This document shows, in pieces, positions 50,625 to 63,462 of a stretch of DNA of 64,000 nucleotides. Positions within the stretch are counted from its first letter, which is position 1. Every line of letters begins with the position of its first letter. The notes under the pieces were generated by a model, which saw only the letters and a program-made list of their open reading frames with translations, ran no database searches and had not been told where the DNA came from. The DNA is taken from assembly GCA_963843845.1 (NCBI GenBank), contig CAWJMB010000002.1, forward strand, positions 2,400,001 to 2,464,000, written 5' to 3'. A program made the position numbers and the translations under genes. The stretch is from an uncultured Gemmatimonadaceae bacterium (lineage in GTDB: Bacteria > Gemmatimonadota > Gemmatimonadetes > Gemmatimonadales > Gemmatimonadaceae).

Positions 50625-51838
50625 TCAGTCGGTCAGCGGGAGCGCCGGTGCCGCGACCGGCGGCGCGTGCCGCGCGTGCTGGGCGTCGATCCACGACTGC
50701 TGGTAGCTCGGGTCCTCGAGGGGGCGCGCGGCCTTCGCGATCTTGAGGGGGCGGAAGCTGTCCATCATGACCGCGAGCTCGTTCGTGAACTTCGCGCCGA
50801 TGGATGCCTCGTAGCGCCCCGGGTGCGGGCCGTGCGGTATCCCGTCCGGGTGGTGCGTGACCGAGCCGAACTCGATCCCCTTCCGGCTCATGAACTCGTC
50901 GGAGGCGTAGTAGATCACCTCGTCCGAGTCGACGTTGCTGTGGTTGTACGGCGCCGGGATGGCGTTCGCGTCGAAGTCGTAGGGTCGCGGGCAGAACGAG
51001 CAGATCACGAAGCCATCGCCCTGGAAGGTCTGGTGCACCGGCGGCGGCTGGTGCACGCGGCCGACGATCGGCTCGAAGTCGCGGATGTTGAAGATCCACG
51101 GGTAGAAGTAGCCGTCCCAGCCGACGACGTCGAACGGGTGGTGATCGAGCACGAACTCGTTCAGCCCGTCGTACTGCTTCACGAGGATCGGGAAGTCGCC
51201 CATCTCGTCGTGCGTCTTCAGCTCCGTCGGCCGCCGGATGTCGCGCTCCGAGTACGGCGCCCCCTCGATGAGCTGCCCGAACTCGTTGCGGTACCGCTTC
51301 GGCCAGCGAACGTGCCCTCGACTCTCCATGACGAGGAACTTCTGCGGCGCGCTCAGGTCGAGCTTCCACCGGTGCATGATGCCGCGGTGGATCACGACGT
51401 AGTCGCCTTCCTCGTACGGCAGGTCGCCGAACTGCGTCTCGAGCACGCCGCGCCCCTTGCCGACGTACACGACCTCGTCGGCCTGCGCGTTCCGGTAGAA
51501 GTGCGCGTCCTGCTCGTCGGGCTCGACGTAGAGCATGCCGATGTCCGCGTTGAACAGCATCGGCGTGCGGTCGAGCGTGGGGCTGCCCCCGCGTTTCGCA
51601 CGCGACGTGAGGAAGTGGCGATGCTTGAGCGTCGGATCGTCGTCCGCCTCCCACACCAGCTCCTTCACGCGGCGAACGGACTTCACCGTCGTCGGCGGGT
51701 GGACGTGATAGAGCAGGGCCGACGTCCCCGTGAATCCCTCGTGCCCCACGAGCTGCTCGGCGTACACCCCCCCGTCGGGTTTGCGCATGACCGTGTGCCG
51801 CTTGCGCGGCACACGGCCCAGCGTGTGGTAGATCGGCA

Positions 51839-51839
<1 letters not shown>
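50625..51839 (-). CDS. hmgA: Homogentisate 1,2-dioxygenase
   Basis: Starts MPIYHTLG; HQPPPVHQTF, PYNHSNVDSDE, HPDGIPHGP, ELAVMMD. Confidence 0.92.
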
Positions 51840-52973
<1,134 letters not shown>

Positions 52974-53112
52974 GATGAAGTCGCTCCGGTGAGTGAGGGT
53001 GGACGTGCGTGCCTAACGAATGCGCGCGCACCCCCATCCCGGATCGCAGCGCCGGTTGCCCGGCCATTCCGCCTTTCCTGCCATCGCTCCCTCCGCGTTG
53101 TGCTGTCGGGGC

Positions 53113-55283
53113 TCAGCTCATCCGCGCCGGCGCCGTGCCGGGCTGTTCCTTCACCAGCACGTCGGGTGCCCGCAGCGCCGCGGGCGCCTCGTCGGCCATC
53201 GCCCGCTCGACCGCCGCGGCCGTGACCGGGCTCCCGTTCAGGAGGTACTGCCGGCGCACGAGCGTCAGCACGGTGTAGACCGCGACCGGCTCGCCGTCCT
53301 GGTTCGCGACTTCGACGTCCCACGCCACGACGCCCTGCGGGATCTGCCCCTCGCGATCGTCCTTCGCCGCCTTCGACTTGCAGGTGAGCCGGACCGAGAT
53401 GGTGTCGCCCACGTAGACCGGCTTCACGAAGCGCAGCCCTTCGAGCCCGTAGTTCGCGAGCACCGGCCCGGGCGCCGGGTCGACGAACAGCCCCGCCGCG
53501 GCGGAGATGACGAAGTAGCCGTGCGCGACGCGCCGCTCGAAGATCGACTCGCGCGCCGCGATCTCGTCGACGTGCGCGTAGAAGAAATCTCCCGAGATGC
53601 CGGCGAAGTTCGTCGACGTCGGCCTCGGTCACGGTGCGGCGGTGCGTGCGCCAGGTCTCGCCGACTTGCAGCTCCTCGAAGTGCTTGCGGAACGGGTGGA
53701 TGCGGTCGCGCAGCTCGGCGGCGCCCGTCGATCCACTCGCGCGTCACCGCGGCGAGCGTCGTCGGCGAGCCCTGGATCGCCGTGCGCTGCATGTAGTGCA
53801 GCACGCCGCGCACGCCGCCCATCTCCTCGCCGCCGCCGGCGCGTCCCGGGCCGCCGTGCACGAGGTGCGGCAGCGGTGAGCCGTGCCCCGTCGACTCTTT
53901 CGCCGAATGCCGGTTCACGAGCATGAGGCGGCCGTGGTAGGCCGCGGTGCCCAACACGACGCTCCGCGAGACCTGGTCGTCGGCCGAGAACAGCGAGCCG
54001 ACGAGCGAGCCCTTGCCGAGCCGCGCGAGCGCGATCGCTTCGTCGACCGACGCGTACGGCATGATCGTGTTGACCGGCCCGAACGCTTCGACGTCGTGCG
54101 CCGCCGTCCGCTCGAACGGACGGTCGTTGTGCAGCAGGGTGATCGGGAAGAACGCGCCTCGGTCCGCGTCGGCACCGACGACGTCGAGCGAGCCCGGGCC
54201 GCCGTACACGAGCTCCGCGGCGCCCAGCAGCTTCTCGAGGCTTCGCTGCACTTCGCCCACCTGCGCACGGCCGGCGAGGGGTCCCATGCGGACGCCCTCC
54301 GCCTTCGGGTCCCCGACCTTGGTCCCCGCCAGTCGGCTGCCCAACGCCTTCACGACGTCCTCGACGTACTCGGCCGGGACGAAGGTGCGGCGGATCGCGG
54401 TGCACTTCTGCCCGGCCTTCACCGTCATCTCGCGGGCGACTTCCTTCACGAACAGGTCGAACTCCTCGGAGCCCGGCCGCGCGTCGGGGCCGAGCATCGA
54501 GTAGTTCAGCGAGTCGGCCTCCTGGTTGAAGCGCACGTTGTGCTCGACGATCGCCGGCGTCTGACGAAGCATCTGCCCCGTCGCGGCGCTGCCGGTGAAG
54601 GCCACGGTGTCCTGCATGCCGAGATGGCTCAGCAGGTCACCGGCGCTACCGCAGATCAGCTGCACGGTTCCGCGCGGCAGGAGCCCGCTCGCGATCATCT
54701 CGCGGAACACCGCCTCCGTGAGGAAGCTCGTGATCGTCGCCGGCTTCACGATGCACGGCACGCCCGCGAGCAGCGCGACGGCCACCTTCTCCAGCATCCC
54801 CCAGACGGGGAAGTTGAACGCGTTGATGTGCACCGCGACGCCTTCGAGCGGGACGCAGACGTGCCGCCCGATGAACGTCCCCCCCTTCGAGAGCGGCTCG
54901 GCCGGCCCGTCGATGTAGTACGGCTCGTCGGGGAAGTCGCGCCGCCCGCGGCTCGCGTACGCGAACAGCGTCCCGATGCCGCCGTCGATGTCGATCCAGT
55001 GGTCCCCCTTCGTCGCGCCGGTGGCCTCGGAGACCGTGTAGAACTGCGCCTTGCGCTCGGTGAGGTACTGGGCGAGCGCCTTCAGCATGCGCGCGCGCTG
55101 GTGGAACGTCATGCGCCGCAGCGCCGGCCCGCCGACGGCGCGCGCGTGCTCCGCCATCGCCTTGAAGTCGAGCCCCCCGCTCGACGCCTCTGCCACCTGC
55201 TCGCCGGTGACGGCGTGATACAGATCGGTGCTCTTCCCGGTCCCCTCGACCCACTGGTCGAGCGCGTAGTTCTGCAGTCGCAT
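53113..55283 (-). CDS. paaZ: Bifunctional oxepin-CoA hydrolase / aldehyde dehydrogenase (frameshifts near 53615 and 53730)
   Basis: [36 protein letters not shown], then MaoC domain LANYGLE.LRF. Confidence 0.92.
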
Positions 55284-55299
55284 CGCGTGATGTGATCCG

Positions 55300-55917
55300 T
55301 TAGGCGCCGGCTCGGCGCGTCTCGTTCCAGGTGCGGTAGACGGCGTGCTGCGACGCACGCAGCTCGTCTTGCGCGGGGGTACGCTCGCGCAGCGGCTCGC
55401 ACGCGTGCAGCGACGCGTGCAGGCGCGCGGGAAGCCGCCGATACAGCGCGGTCCCCTCGCTCTTCCACGCGAGCATCTCGTCGGTCACCTCCTTCACCGC
55501 GCGCGCGGGGGAGCCGACGACGAGCGTGCGCGGCGGGATCCGACTGTCTGCCGGCACGAAGCTGAGCGCGCCGACGATCGACCCGTCGCCGACGTGCGCC
55601 CGATCCATGACGACGGCGTTCATCCCGATCAGCACGTTGCGGCCGAGCCGCGCGCCGTGGATCACCGCGCCGTGCCCGACGTGCGCGGCGGCCTCGAGCA
55701 CGACCGTCGCGCCGGGGAAGACGTGTACGGTGCAGCTCTCCTGCACGTTGCACCCGTCTTCGATCTCGATCGCGCCCCAGTCGCCCCGGATCGCCGCGCC
55801 CGGTCCGACGTACACGTCGCGGCCGATGACGACGTTCCCCGTCACGGCGGCCTGCGGATGCACGAACGCCGACTCGTGGACGACCGGGACGATGCCGTCG
55901 AACGCGTAGATCGCCAC
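55300..55917 (-). CDS. paaY: Hexapeptide-repeat gamma-carbonic anhydrase-like protein
   Basis: IYAFDGIVPVVH, IRGDWG, NVQESC, HVGHGA, WKSEGT; paa context. Confidence 0.85.
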   Translation of the reverse strand: MAIYAFDGIVPVVHESAFVHPQAAVTGNVVIGRDVYVGPGAAIRGDWGAIEIEDGCNVQESCTVHVFPGATVVLEAAAHVGHGAVIHGARLGRNVLIGMNAVVMDRAHVGDGSIVGALSFVPADSRIPPRTLVVGSPARAVKEVTDEMLAWKSEGTALYRRLPARLHASLHACEPLRERTPAQDELRASQHAVYRTWNETRRAGA

Positions 55918-55919
55918 GC

Positions 55920-57132
<1,213 letters not shown>

Positions 57133-57148
57133 GATTGGCGAGAGAGTG

Positions 57149-57595
57149 TTAGGCCGGCGGCGCTTCGAGCAGCGGCCGGCCCGTGTCGTACACCGTAGCG
57201 CGAAAGTGGGCGACCGGCTCGCCGTCGCGCGCCACCGCCACCGAGTAGAACGCGACGCGGCGCGCCTCGCTCAGCACCGTGCACGTGGCGGTCAACACGT
57301 CGCCGACGCGGATCGCCTTCGCGTACGCCATCGCGTTGTCGAGCGCGACGCTGATGCTGTCGTGCGTGTTGCAGGCGAAGGCGAGTGCGCTGTCGGCGAG
57401 CGCGTAGGTGACGCCGCCGTGGCAGTTGCCGAAGCCGTTCGCCATCTCGGGGCGCACCGACATGCGGACGACCGAGTGGCGCGGCGCCGTCTCGAGCACC
57501 TCGACCCCGAGCCAGCGACTGAACGCGTCGTGCTCGAGCAGCCGTGCCACGGTCGCCTCGGCGAGCGCCTGCGGCGGCAGCGACGCGTGGCTCAC
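57149..57595 (-). CDS. paaI: Hydroxyphenylacetyl-CoA thioesterase
   Basis: DAFSRWLG, NGFGNCHGG, LADSALAFACN; GTG start overlapping paaH stop. Confidence 0.88.
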   Translation of the reverse strand: MSHASLPPQALAEATVARLLEHDAFSRWLGVEVLETAPRHSVVRMSVRPEMANGFGNCHGGVTYALADSALAFACNTHDSISVALDNAMAYAKAIRVGDVLTATCTVLSEARRVAFYSVAVARDGEPVAHFRATVYDTGRPLLEAPPA

Positions 57596-58779
57596 GCGAG
57601 CAGCGGGCGGTGCGCGTGGGCGGCGGCGCGAAGGTACGGACTCGCGCGATACCGATCCTCGGCGTACGCCTCGCGCAATCGCTCCAGCTCGGCGAGAACC
57701 ACCGCCGCGCCCAAGGCGTCGCCCCACGCGAGCAGCCCGCGCGGGTAGTTCACGCCCTTCGTCATCGACAGCTCGATGTCGGCTGCGGTCGCGACGCGCA
57801 GATACACGGCGTCGCACGCCTCGTTCACGAGCATGGCGAGCACGCGCCGCAGCACGGCCGCGCCTGACGTGTCGTCGCGGCTCGGCTCCGGACGGGGCGC
57901 CCCGTCGCGGTAATCGTAGAATCCCTGACCGCTCTTCCTCCCGAGCCGCCCCGCCTCGACGAGCCGCTGCTGCGTGAGCGACGGGCGGTACCGCGGATCG
58001 TGAAACGTCTGCTCGTAGACGGAACGGGTGACGGCGAAGTTCACGTCGAGCCCGATGAAGTCCATCAGCTCGAACGGGCCCATGCGGAAGCCGCCGAGGT
58101 CGCGCAGCGCCCAGTCGATCGTCGGCGCGTCGGCGAGCCCCTCGTCCAGCAGACGAAGCGCCTCTCCGTAGAACGGCCGCGCGACGCGGTTCACGATGAA
58201 GCCAGGCGTGTCGGCGGCGCGCACGGTCGTCTTTCCCCACCCGTCGACGAGCGCGCGCACGTCGTCGGCGAGCGCGGCATCCGTCGTCAGCGCCGGCACG
58301 ATCTCGACGAGCGGCAGGACGGGCGCCGGGTTGAAGAAGTGCACGCCGATGACCCGGTCCGGCCGCCGGCATCCGCCCGCGATCGACGCGACCGACAGCG
58401 ACGACGTGTTCGTCGCGAGCACGGTGTCGGCCGCGACGACGTCTTCGAGCCGGCGGAAGCTCTCGCGCTTCACGCCGAGGTCCTCGACGACTGCCTCGAT
58501 CACGAGCCCGCACTCGGCGAACTGGCTCAGGTCTTCGATGCCGCGCACGACGGTCAGCCGCCGGTGCGCCCCGTTCGCCGCGGCGGCCGAGAGGCGCCCC
58601 TTCTCGACTTCGCGCGCGAGCGCCCGGCTCAGCGCCTCGCTCGCGCGCTCCGCCGTGTCCGGCCGTGCGTCGGCGAGCACCACGCGATGGCCGTTGACGA
58701 GCGCCACCTGCGCGATCCCCGTCCCCATGGCGCCGGCGCCGAGTACGCCGACGACCGTGTCCTGCGCGAGCGTCGCCAT
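57592..58779 (-). CDS. paaH: 3-hydroxyacyl-CoA dehydrogenase
   Basis: GAGAMGTG, TNTSSLS, HFFNP, PGFIVNR, MGPFEL, GVNYPRG. Confidence 0.9.
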   Translation of the reverse strand: MATLAQDTVVGVLGAGAMGTGIAQVALVNGHRVVLADARPDTAERASEALSRALAREVEKGRLSAAAANGAHRRLTVVRGIEDLSQFAECGLVIEAVVEDLGVKRESFRRLEDVVAADTVLATNTSSLSVASIAGGCRRPDRVIGVHFFNPAPVLPLVEIVPALTTDAALADDVRALVDGWGKTTVRAADTPGFIVNRVARPFYGEALRLLDEGLADAPTIDWALRDLGGFRMGPFELMDFIGLDVNFAVTRSVYEQTFHDPRYRPSLTQQRLVEAGRLGRKSGQGFYDYRDGAPRPEPSRDDTSGAAVLRRVLAMLVNEACDAVYLRVATAADIELSMTKGVNYPRGLLAWGDALGAAVVLAELERLREAYAEDRYRASPYLRAAAHAHRPLLA

Positions 58780-58783
58780 CCGC

Positions 58784-59575
58784 CTAGCGCCCGACGAAGT
58801 GCGGCGCGCGCTTGGCGAGGAACGCCGCCGTGCCTTCACGGAAATCCTCGGTCGACGCCGCCTCCGCCTGCAGCACCGCCTCGAGCTCGAGCTGCGCCTC
58901 GAGGTCGTTGGCGAGCGACGCGTTCAGCGCCCGCTTCGTGAGGCCGAAGCCGCGCGTCGGCTGCGTCGCGAGCCGCCGGGCGAGCGCCGTGGCGTCCTCC
59001 AGCAGCGACGCCGCCGGCACGACGCGCCAGATCATCCCCATCGCCTGCGCCTCCGCCGCCGAGAGCTTGTCGCCGAGCAGCATGAGCGCCGTCGCCCGCG
59101 GCAGCCCGACGGCGCGCGGAAGGAAGAACGTCCCCGCCGTGTCAGGCACGAGCCCGATCTTCGAGAACGACTGGATGAACGACGCCGTGTCCGCCGCGAG
59201 CACGATGTCGCAGGCGAGCGCGAGGTTCGCCCCGGCACCGGCCGCGACGCCGTTGACGGCGGCGATCACGGGTTTCTCCATCTCGCGCAGGAGCCGCACC
59301 GTCGGGTTGTACGTCTCGCGCACGATGTCGGCGATCGGCGGCGCCGCGCTCCCGTCGCCGGGCATCGCTTCGGCGAGGTCCTGGCCGGCGCAGAACCCGC
59401 GCCCCGCACCTGTCAGCAGCACGGCGCGCACCTGGGCATTCTCCCCGGCGTCCCTGAGCGCCGCCTGCAGCTCGGCCGCCATCGAACGCGTGAAGCTGTT
59501 CAGCACGTCCGGGCGGTGCAGCGTGACCGTCGCCACGCCGTCGGCGATCGCATAGCGAACATCTTCGTAGGCCAT
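58784..59575 (-). CDS. paaG: Enoyl-CoA isomerase, epoxyphenylacetyl-CoA isomerase type
   Basis: GRGFCAGQDL, VNGVAAGAGANLALACD, GLVPD. Confidence 0.88.
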   Translation of the reverse strand: MAYEDVRYAIADGVATVTLHRPDVLNSFTRSMAAELQAALRDAGENAQVRAVLLTGAGRGFCAGQDLAEAMPGDGSAAPPIADIVRETYNPTVRLLREMEKPVIAAVNGVAAGAGANLALACDIVLAADTASFIQSFSKIGLVPDTAGTFFLPRAVGLPRATALMLLGDKLSAAEAQAMGMIWRVVPAASLLEDATALARRLATQPTRGFGLTKRALNASLANDLEAQLELEAVLQAEAASTEDFREGTAAFLAKRAPHFVGR

Positions 59576-59582
59576 GCGGCGT

Positions 59583-59612
59583 AACGTAAACGCCCGTCAC
59601 ACACTGCGTGAC
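59583..59612 (-). promoter_or_regulatory. Candidate -10 box and 17-bp palindromic operator upstream of paaG
   Basis: TACGTT 7 nt before ATG; GTCACACA-C-TGCGTGAC at 59596-59612. Confidence 0.5.
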
Positions 59613-59643
59613 ACTCGACAGCGCCCCTCTCGTACGACCGCTC

Positions 59644-61092
59644 ATGACCCTGCCTGCAACAGCTTCGGCGATCCGTTCCGGCTTCGGGGCGCTGCGCGCG
59701 AACCCCCTCCGCACGATGCTCTCCGCGCTCGGCGTCGTCATCGGCATCGGCGCCATGATCGCCGTGCTCGCGCTCAGCGACGGCGTCGAGCGATCGTTCC
59801 GCGACCGACTCGCGCTGGACGGGCGCGCGCAGACGCTGCGCATCTCGGCCCGCACCATGGACTTCGTCGACGGGCTCGTGCTCGCGCGGAGCGACGCGCC
59901 CGAGCTGACGCTCGACGACGCCGTGTCGCTCGAGGGCGCCGTCGGCGCCCTCGGGTCGGTCGACCTCTCGACGGGTGGACAGGCGCTCGTCACCGTCGCG
60001 CCGGGGCGTCCCGCGCGGGGCGTCACCCTGCGCGGCGTCCGCGTGCCGCCGGCGATGCTGCGCAGCCGGCCACTCATCGCGGGTCGCTTCTTCACGCCGG
60101 CGGAAGTCCGCGACTCGGCGCGCCTGCTCGTGATCTCGGATGGACTGGCGGCCGCGCTCGCGACGATGCTCGTCGACAGCACGGCCGGGCCGGTCACGCG
60201 ATCCTCGGCACAGTCGCGCCCGCGACCCGTCACCGACGCGCCGGACCCTCCACAGCCGACCGCCGCGGCATGTCGGGCGCTCGTCGGGCGCCCCGTGACG
60301 ATCCGCGACCAGCCGTGGACGATCCTCGGCATCCTGCCGCCGCTCGCCGAGACCGACTCCGCGTGCACGGGGCGACCGCGGTCGCGCACGACGCGCACCG
60401 CCGCATTCAACCTCGCCGGCCGCCTCTCGGCGATGGTGCCCGTCACCGCCGTCGCGGCCGCCGCGACGCCGACCGCGGCGGGGGGATTCGCAGCGAGGCA
60501 GCCGTCCGGCCGCGCGCTGACGCTCGTCGCGACGCGACTCGAGGACTTCAAGCCGATGCGCGAGCGCGCCGAGTCGTGGCTCGCCACGAAGTTCGGGCGG
60601 CCGGTCGCCGACACGGGCGGATGGAAGGCACGGATCGACGTCGCGAGCTACGAGCAGGAGAGCGAAGGCATCACCCAGGCGATGCTCATCTTCCGTCTGC
60701 TCATGTCGGCCATCACCGGCATCTCGCTCGTCGTCGGCGGCGTCGGCATCATGAACGTGTTGCTCGCATCCGTCACCGAGCGGACGCGGGAAATCGGCAT
60801 CAGCAAGGCGGTCGGCGCGCGCCGCCGCGACGTGCTCGTGCAGTACCTCGCCGAGTCCGTCGCGATCTCGCTCATGGGCGCCGTCCTCGGCACGGCGCTC
60901 GGCTACGGAGTCGCGCAGATCGTGGCCGCCGTGATGCGCTCTCGGGCGACGATCCCCGTGCACGCCGGCTTCTCGCTCTCGACGCTCCTCGTCGCGATCG
61001 GCGCGCCGCTCGTCGTCGGCGTGCTGTTCGGCATGTACCCGGCACTGCGCGCGTCGCGGCTCTCGCCGATCGACGCGATCCGGCACGAGTAG
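59644..61092 (+). CDS. MacB/FtsX-type ABC permease (start 59608 or 59644)
   Basis: NPLRTMLSALGVVIG, ISLVVGGVGIMNV, ERTREIG, PALRASRLSPIDAIR. Confidence 0.88.
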   Translation: MTLPATASAIRSGFGALRANPLRTMLSALGVVIGIGAMIAVLALSDGVERSFRDRLALDGRAQTLRISARTMDFVDGLVLARSDAPELTLDDAVSLEGAVGALGSVDLSTGGQALVTVAPGRPARGVTLRGVRVPPAMLRSRPLIAGRFFTPAEVRDSARLLVISDGLAAALATMLVDSTAGPVTRSSAQSRPRPVTDAPDPPQPTAAACRALVGRPVTIRDQPWTILGILPPLAETDSACTGRPRSRTTRTAAFNLAGRLSAMVPVTAVAAAATPTAAGGFAARQPSGRALTLVATRLEDFKPMRERAESWLATKFGRPVADTGGWKARIDVASYEQESEGITQAMLIFRLLMSAITGISLVVGGVGIMNVLLASVTERTREIGISKAVGARRRDVLVQYLAESVAISLMGAVLGTALGYGVAQIVAAVMRSRATIPVHAGFSLSTLLVAIGAPLVVGVLFGMYPALRASRLSPIDAIRHE

Positions 61093-61228
61093 CGAACGGT
61101 CCGCCGGCCGACGCCCCCTCGGCGGCCGCTCCGCGAGTGCCGGAAGGCGCCGCGCGCACAGGCGTTAGTTTCCGGGGCGCAGACTTCGGCGCTCCGGACC
61201 ACACGCCTGACTTCGATACGCCTGTTTC

Positions 61229-63367
61229 ATGGCCGTCTCCATGCCGACCCGCCCGATGGCGGCGCCGACTCCCGACATTTCCGCGCTGCTCGATCGGATC
61301 GACTGGCGCCGCGTCGCGTACAACACGCTCGTCTCGCGCGCGCTCGACGACGTCGAGGAGTCGACGAACCGGAACCGCGCGACGGTGCCGCGCGAGCACG
61401 TCGTGCTCTATCAGTTCTCCGCCCGCGGACACGACGTCGCGCAGACCATCCTCGGTGCGCTGCTCGATCACCCGCGTGACGCGGCAGGCGCCTACTACCG
61501 CTCGCGGCCGTTGCTCCTCGCGCTCGGCCTCTCGATCGAGGACGCGCTGGCCAGTCCGTTGGGCCGCTCGGGCGGCTTCAGCGACGGGCGCGACATCGGA
61601 GTGGTGTGCAACCTCCCCGGCGTGCGGGGCGCGACCGTGCTCCCCATGGCCGGCGACGTCGGCGGTCAGTACACGCCCGTCGCCGGCTGGGCCCAGGCGA
61701 TCGACTATCACCGAGACGCGCTCGGCGACGCGTCGTGGGACCGCGCCATCGGCGTGTCGTTGGGCGGCGAGGCGTCGGTCGCGACGAACGGCTTCTGGTC
61801 GGCGCTCACGATGGCGACGACGTTGAAGTTGCCGATGCTCTTCTACGTCGAGGACAACGGCCTCGGCATCTCGGTGCCGAGCCGATTCCAGACACCCGGC
61901 GCCAACATCGCCGCCAACCTCGCGTCGTTCGAGAATCTCTTCCTGCGCGACGGCGACGGGTGCGATCCGATCGAAGCCGCGAGACTGCTCACCGAGTGCG
62001 TCGACCACGTCCGCGCCGGACACGGACCTGCGCTGGTGCGCCTGACCGTTCCGCGCCTGTCGAGCCATTCGGGGCCGGACAACCAGAAGGGCTACCGGAC
62101 GGCCGACGAGATCGCGTTCGACGAGGCGCGCGACCCGCTCCCCCGGCTGCGCCAGTTCCTCGTCGACCACGTGATGAGCGCCGACGACTTCGTGTCGCTC
62201 GAAGCCGAGGTCCATCGCGACGTGGACGCGGCGCTCACCGCGGCACGTGGTCGCCCGACGTCGGACCCCGCGCGCGTGCGCCGCTTCGTGTACGACGAAG
62301 TGCGTCTCCCGGGCGACGAGACCCCGGTCGGCGGTGTCCCCGAGGAGGAGCTGCAATCGTTGGGCGGCACCGACGTCCCCGTCGAGGGTGGGCAGACGAT
62401 GCGCTTCGCCGAAGCCGTCCGGGCGACGCTGGCGCGCGAGCTGACGGTCGACCCGCGCGTGCTCGTGTTCGGCGAGGACGTCGGCGTGAAGGGCGGTGTG
62501 CACCTCGTCACCGAAGGCCTGCAGAAGCGGTTCGGCGAGCGCCGCGTGTTCGACACGTCGCTCTCGGAGGAGGGGATCATCGGGCGGGCCGTCGGCATGG
62601 CGTACAGCGGCCTCATGCCCGTCGCCGAGATCCAGTTCCGGAAGTACGCCGACCCTGCCGCCGAACAGTTGAACAACTGTGGCACGGTGCGGTGGCGCAC
62701 GAACAACCGCTTCTGCGCGCCGATCGTCGTGCGCATGCCCGGCGGCTTCGGCAAGGACGTCGGTGATCCATGGCACTCGCTGAGCGACGAGGTGCGCTTC
62801 GCGCACGCGCTGGGCTGGCAGGTGGCGATGCCGTCGAACGCCGCGGACGCCGTGGGCCTGCTCCGCGCCGCGATGCGCTCGAAGAACCCCACGATCTTCT
62901 TCGAGCACCGCTCGCTGCTCATGACGAGCGACGGGAGCGCTCGCTATCCGGGCGACGACTACGTGCTTCCGTTCGGTCGGGCGGCCGTGCTGCGGGAGGG
63001 CACTGACCTCACGCTCGTGACGTGGGGCGCGATGGTCCACCGCTGCCGCGACGCCGCCGCCTCGTTCGGTGACCGCGTCGAGCTGCTCGATCTCCGCACG
63101 ATCGCGCCCTGGGACCGTGCGGCCGTTCTACGCTCGGTCGAGAAGACCGGCCGCTGTCTCGTCGTCCACGAGGACACGCTCACCGCCGGCTTCGGCGCAG
63201 AGATCGCGGCGACCGTGGCGAAGGACGCGTTCTGGTGGCTCGACGCCCCCGTCGACCGACTGTGTGTCGAGGACGTCCCGATGCCGTATCACACCACGTT
63301 GCTCGACGCCGTGCTCCCCTCAGCCGAGGCGATCGCAGCGCGGATAGAGACCGTGATCGGCCTGTAG
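61229..63367 (+). CDS. 2-oxoacid dehydrogenase E1, alpha/beta fusion
   Basis: GHD, YYRSR, GGEAS..EDN TPP motif, SHSGPD, FGEDVG, DTSLSE, EIQF, IFFEH, VVHED. Confidence 0.9.
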   Translation: MAVSMPTRPMAAPTPDISALLDRIDWRRVAYNTLVSRALDDVEESTNRNRATVPREHVVLYQFSARGHDVAQTILGALLDHPRDAAGAYYRSRPLLLALGLSIEDALASPLGRSGGFSDGRDIGVVCNLPGVRGATVLPMAGDVGGQYTPVAGWAQAIDYHRDALGDASWDRAIGVSLGGEASVATNGFWSALTMATTLKLPMLFYVEDNGLGISVPSRFQTPGANIAANLASFENLFLRDGDGCDPIEAARLLTECVDHVRAGHGPALVRLTVPRLSSHSGPDNQKGYRTADEIAFDEARDPLPRLRQFLVDHVMSADDFVSLEAEVHRDVDAALTAARGRPTSDPARVRRFVYDEVRLPGDETPVGGVPEEELQSLGGTDVPVEGGQTMRFAEAVRATLARELTVDPRVLVFGEDVGVKGGVHLVTEGLQKRFGERRVFDTSLSEEGIIGRAVGMAYSGLMPVAEIQFRKYADPAAEQLNNCGTVRWRTNNRFCAPIVVRMPGGFGKDVGDPWHSLSDEVRFAHALGWQVAMPSNAADAVGLLRAAMRSKNPTIFFEHRSLLMTSDGSARYPGDDYVLPFGRAAVLREGTDLTLVTWGAMVHRCRDAAASFGDRVELLDLRTIAPWDRAAVLRSVEKTGRCLVVHEDTLTAGFGAEIAATVAKDAFWWLDAPVDRLCVEDVPMPYHTTLLDAVLPSAEAIAARIETVIGL

Positions 63368-63377
63368 TGTGTTCACC

Positions 63378-63440
63378 GAAGGAATCGAGGGAACTCCAAC
63401 CGGGCTCTCGCACAGCACTTCGAGTTCCCCCTGTTCCTTC
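63378..63440. repeat. Imperfect long inverted repeat between convergent genes
   Basis: GAAGGAA-TCG-AGGGAACTC ... GAGTTCCCC-CTG-TTCCTTC. Confidence 0.6.
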
Positions 63441-63462
63441 TGTCAGAGATCCCAGGCGACCG

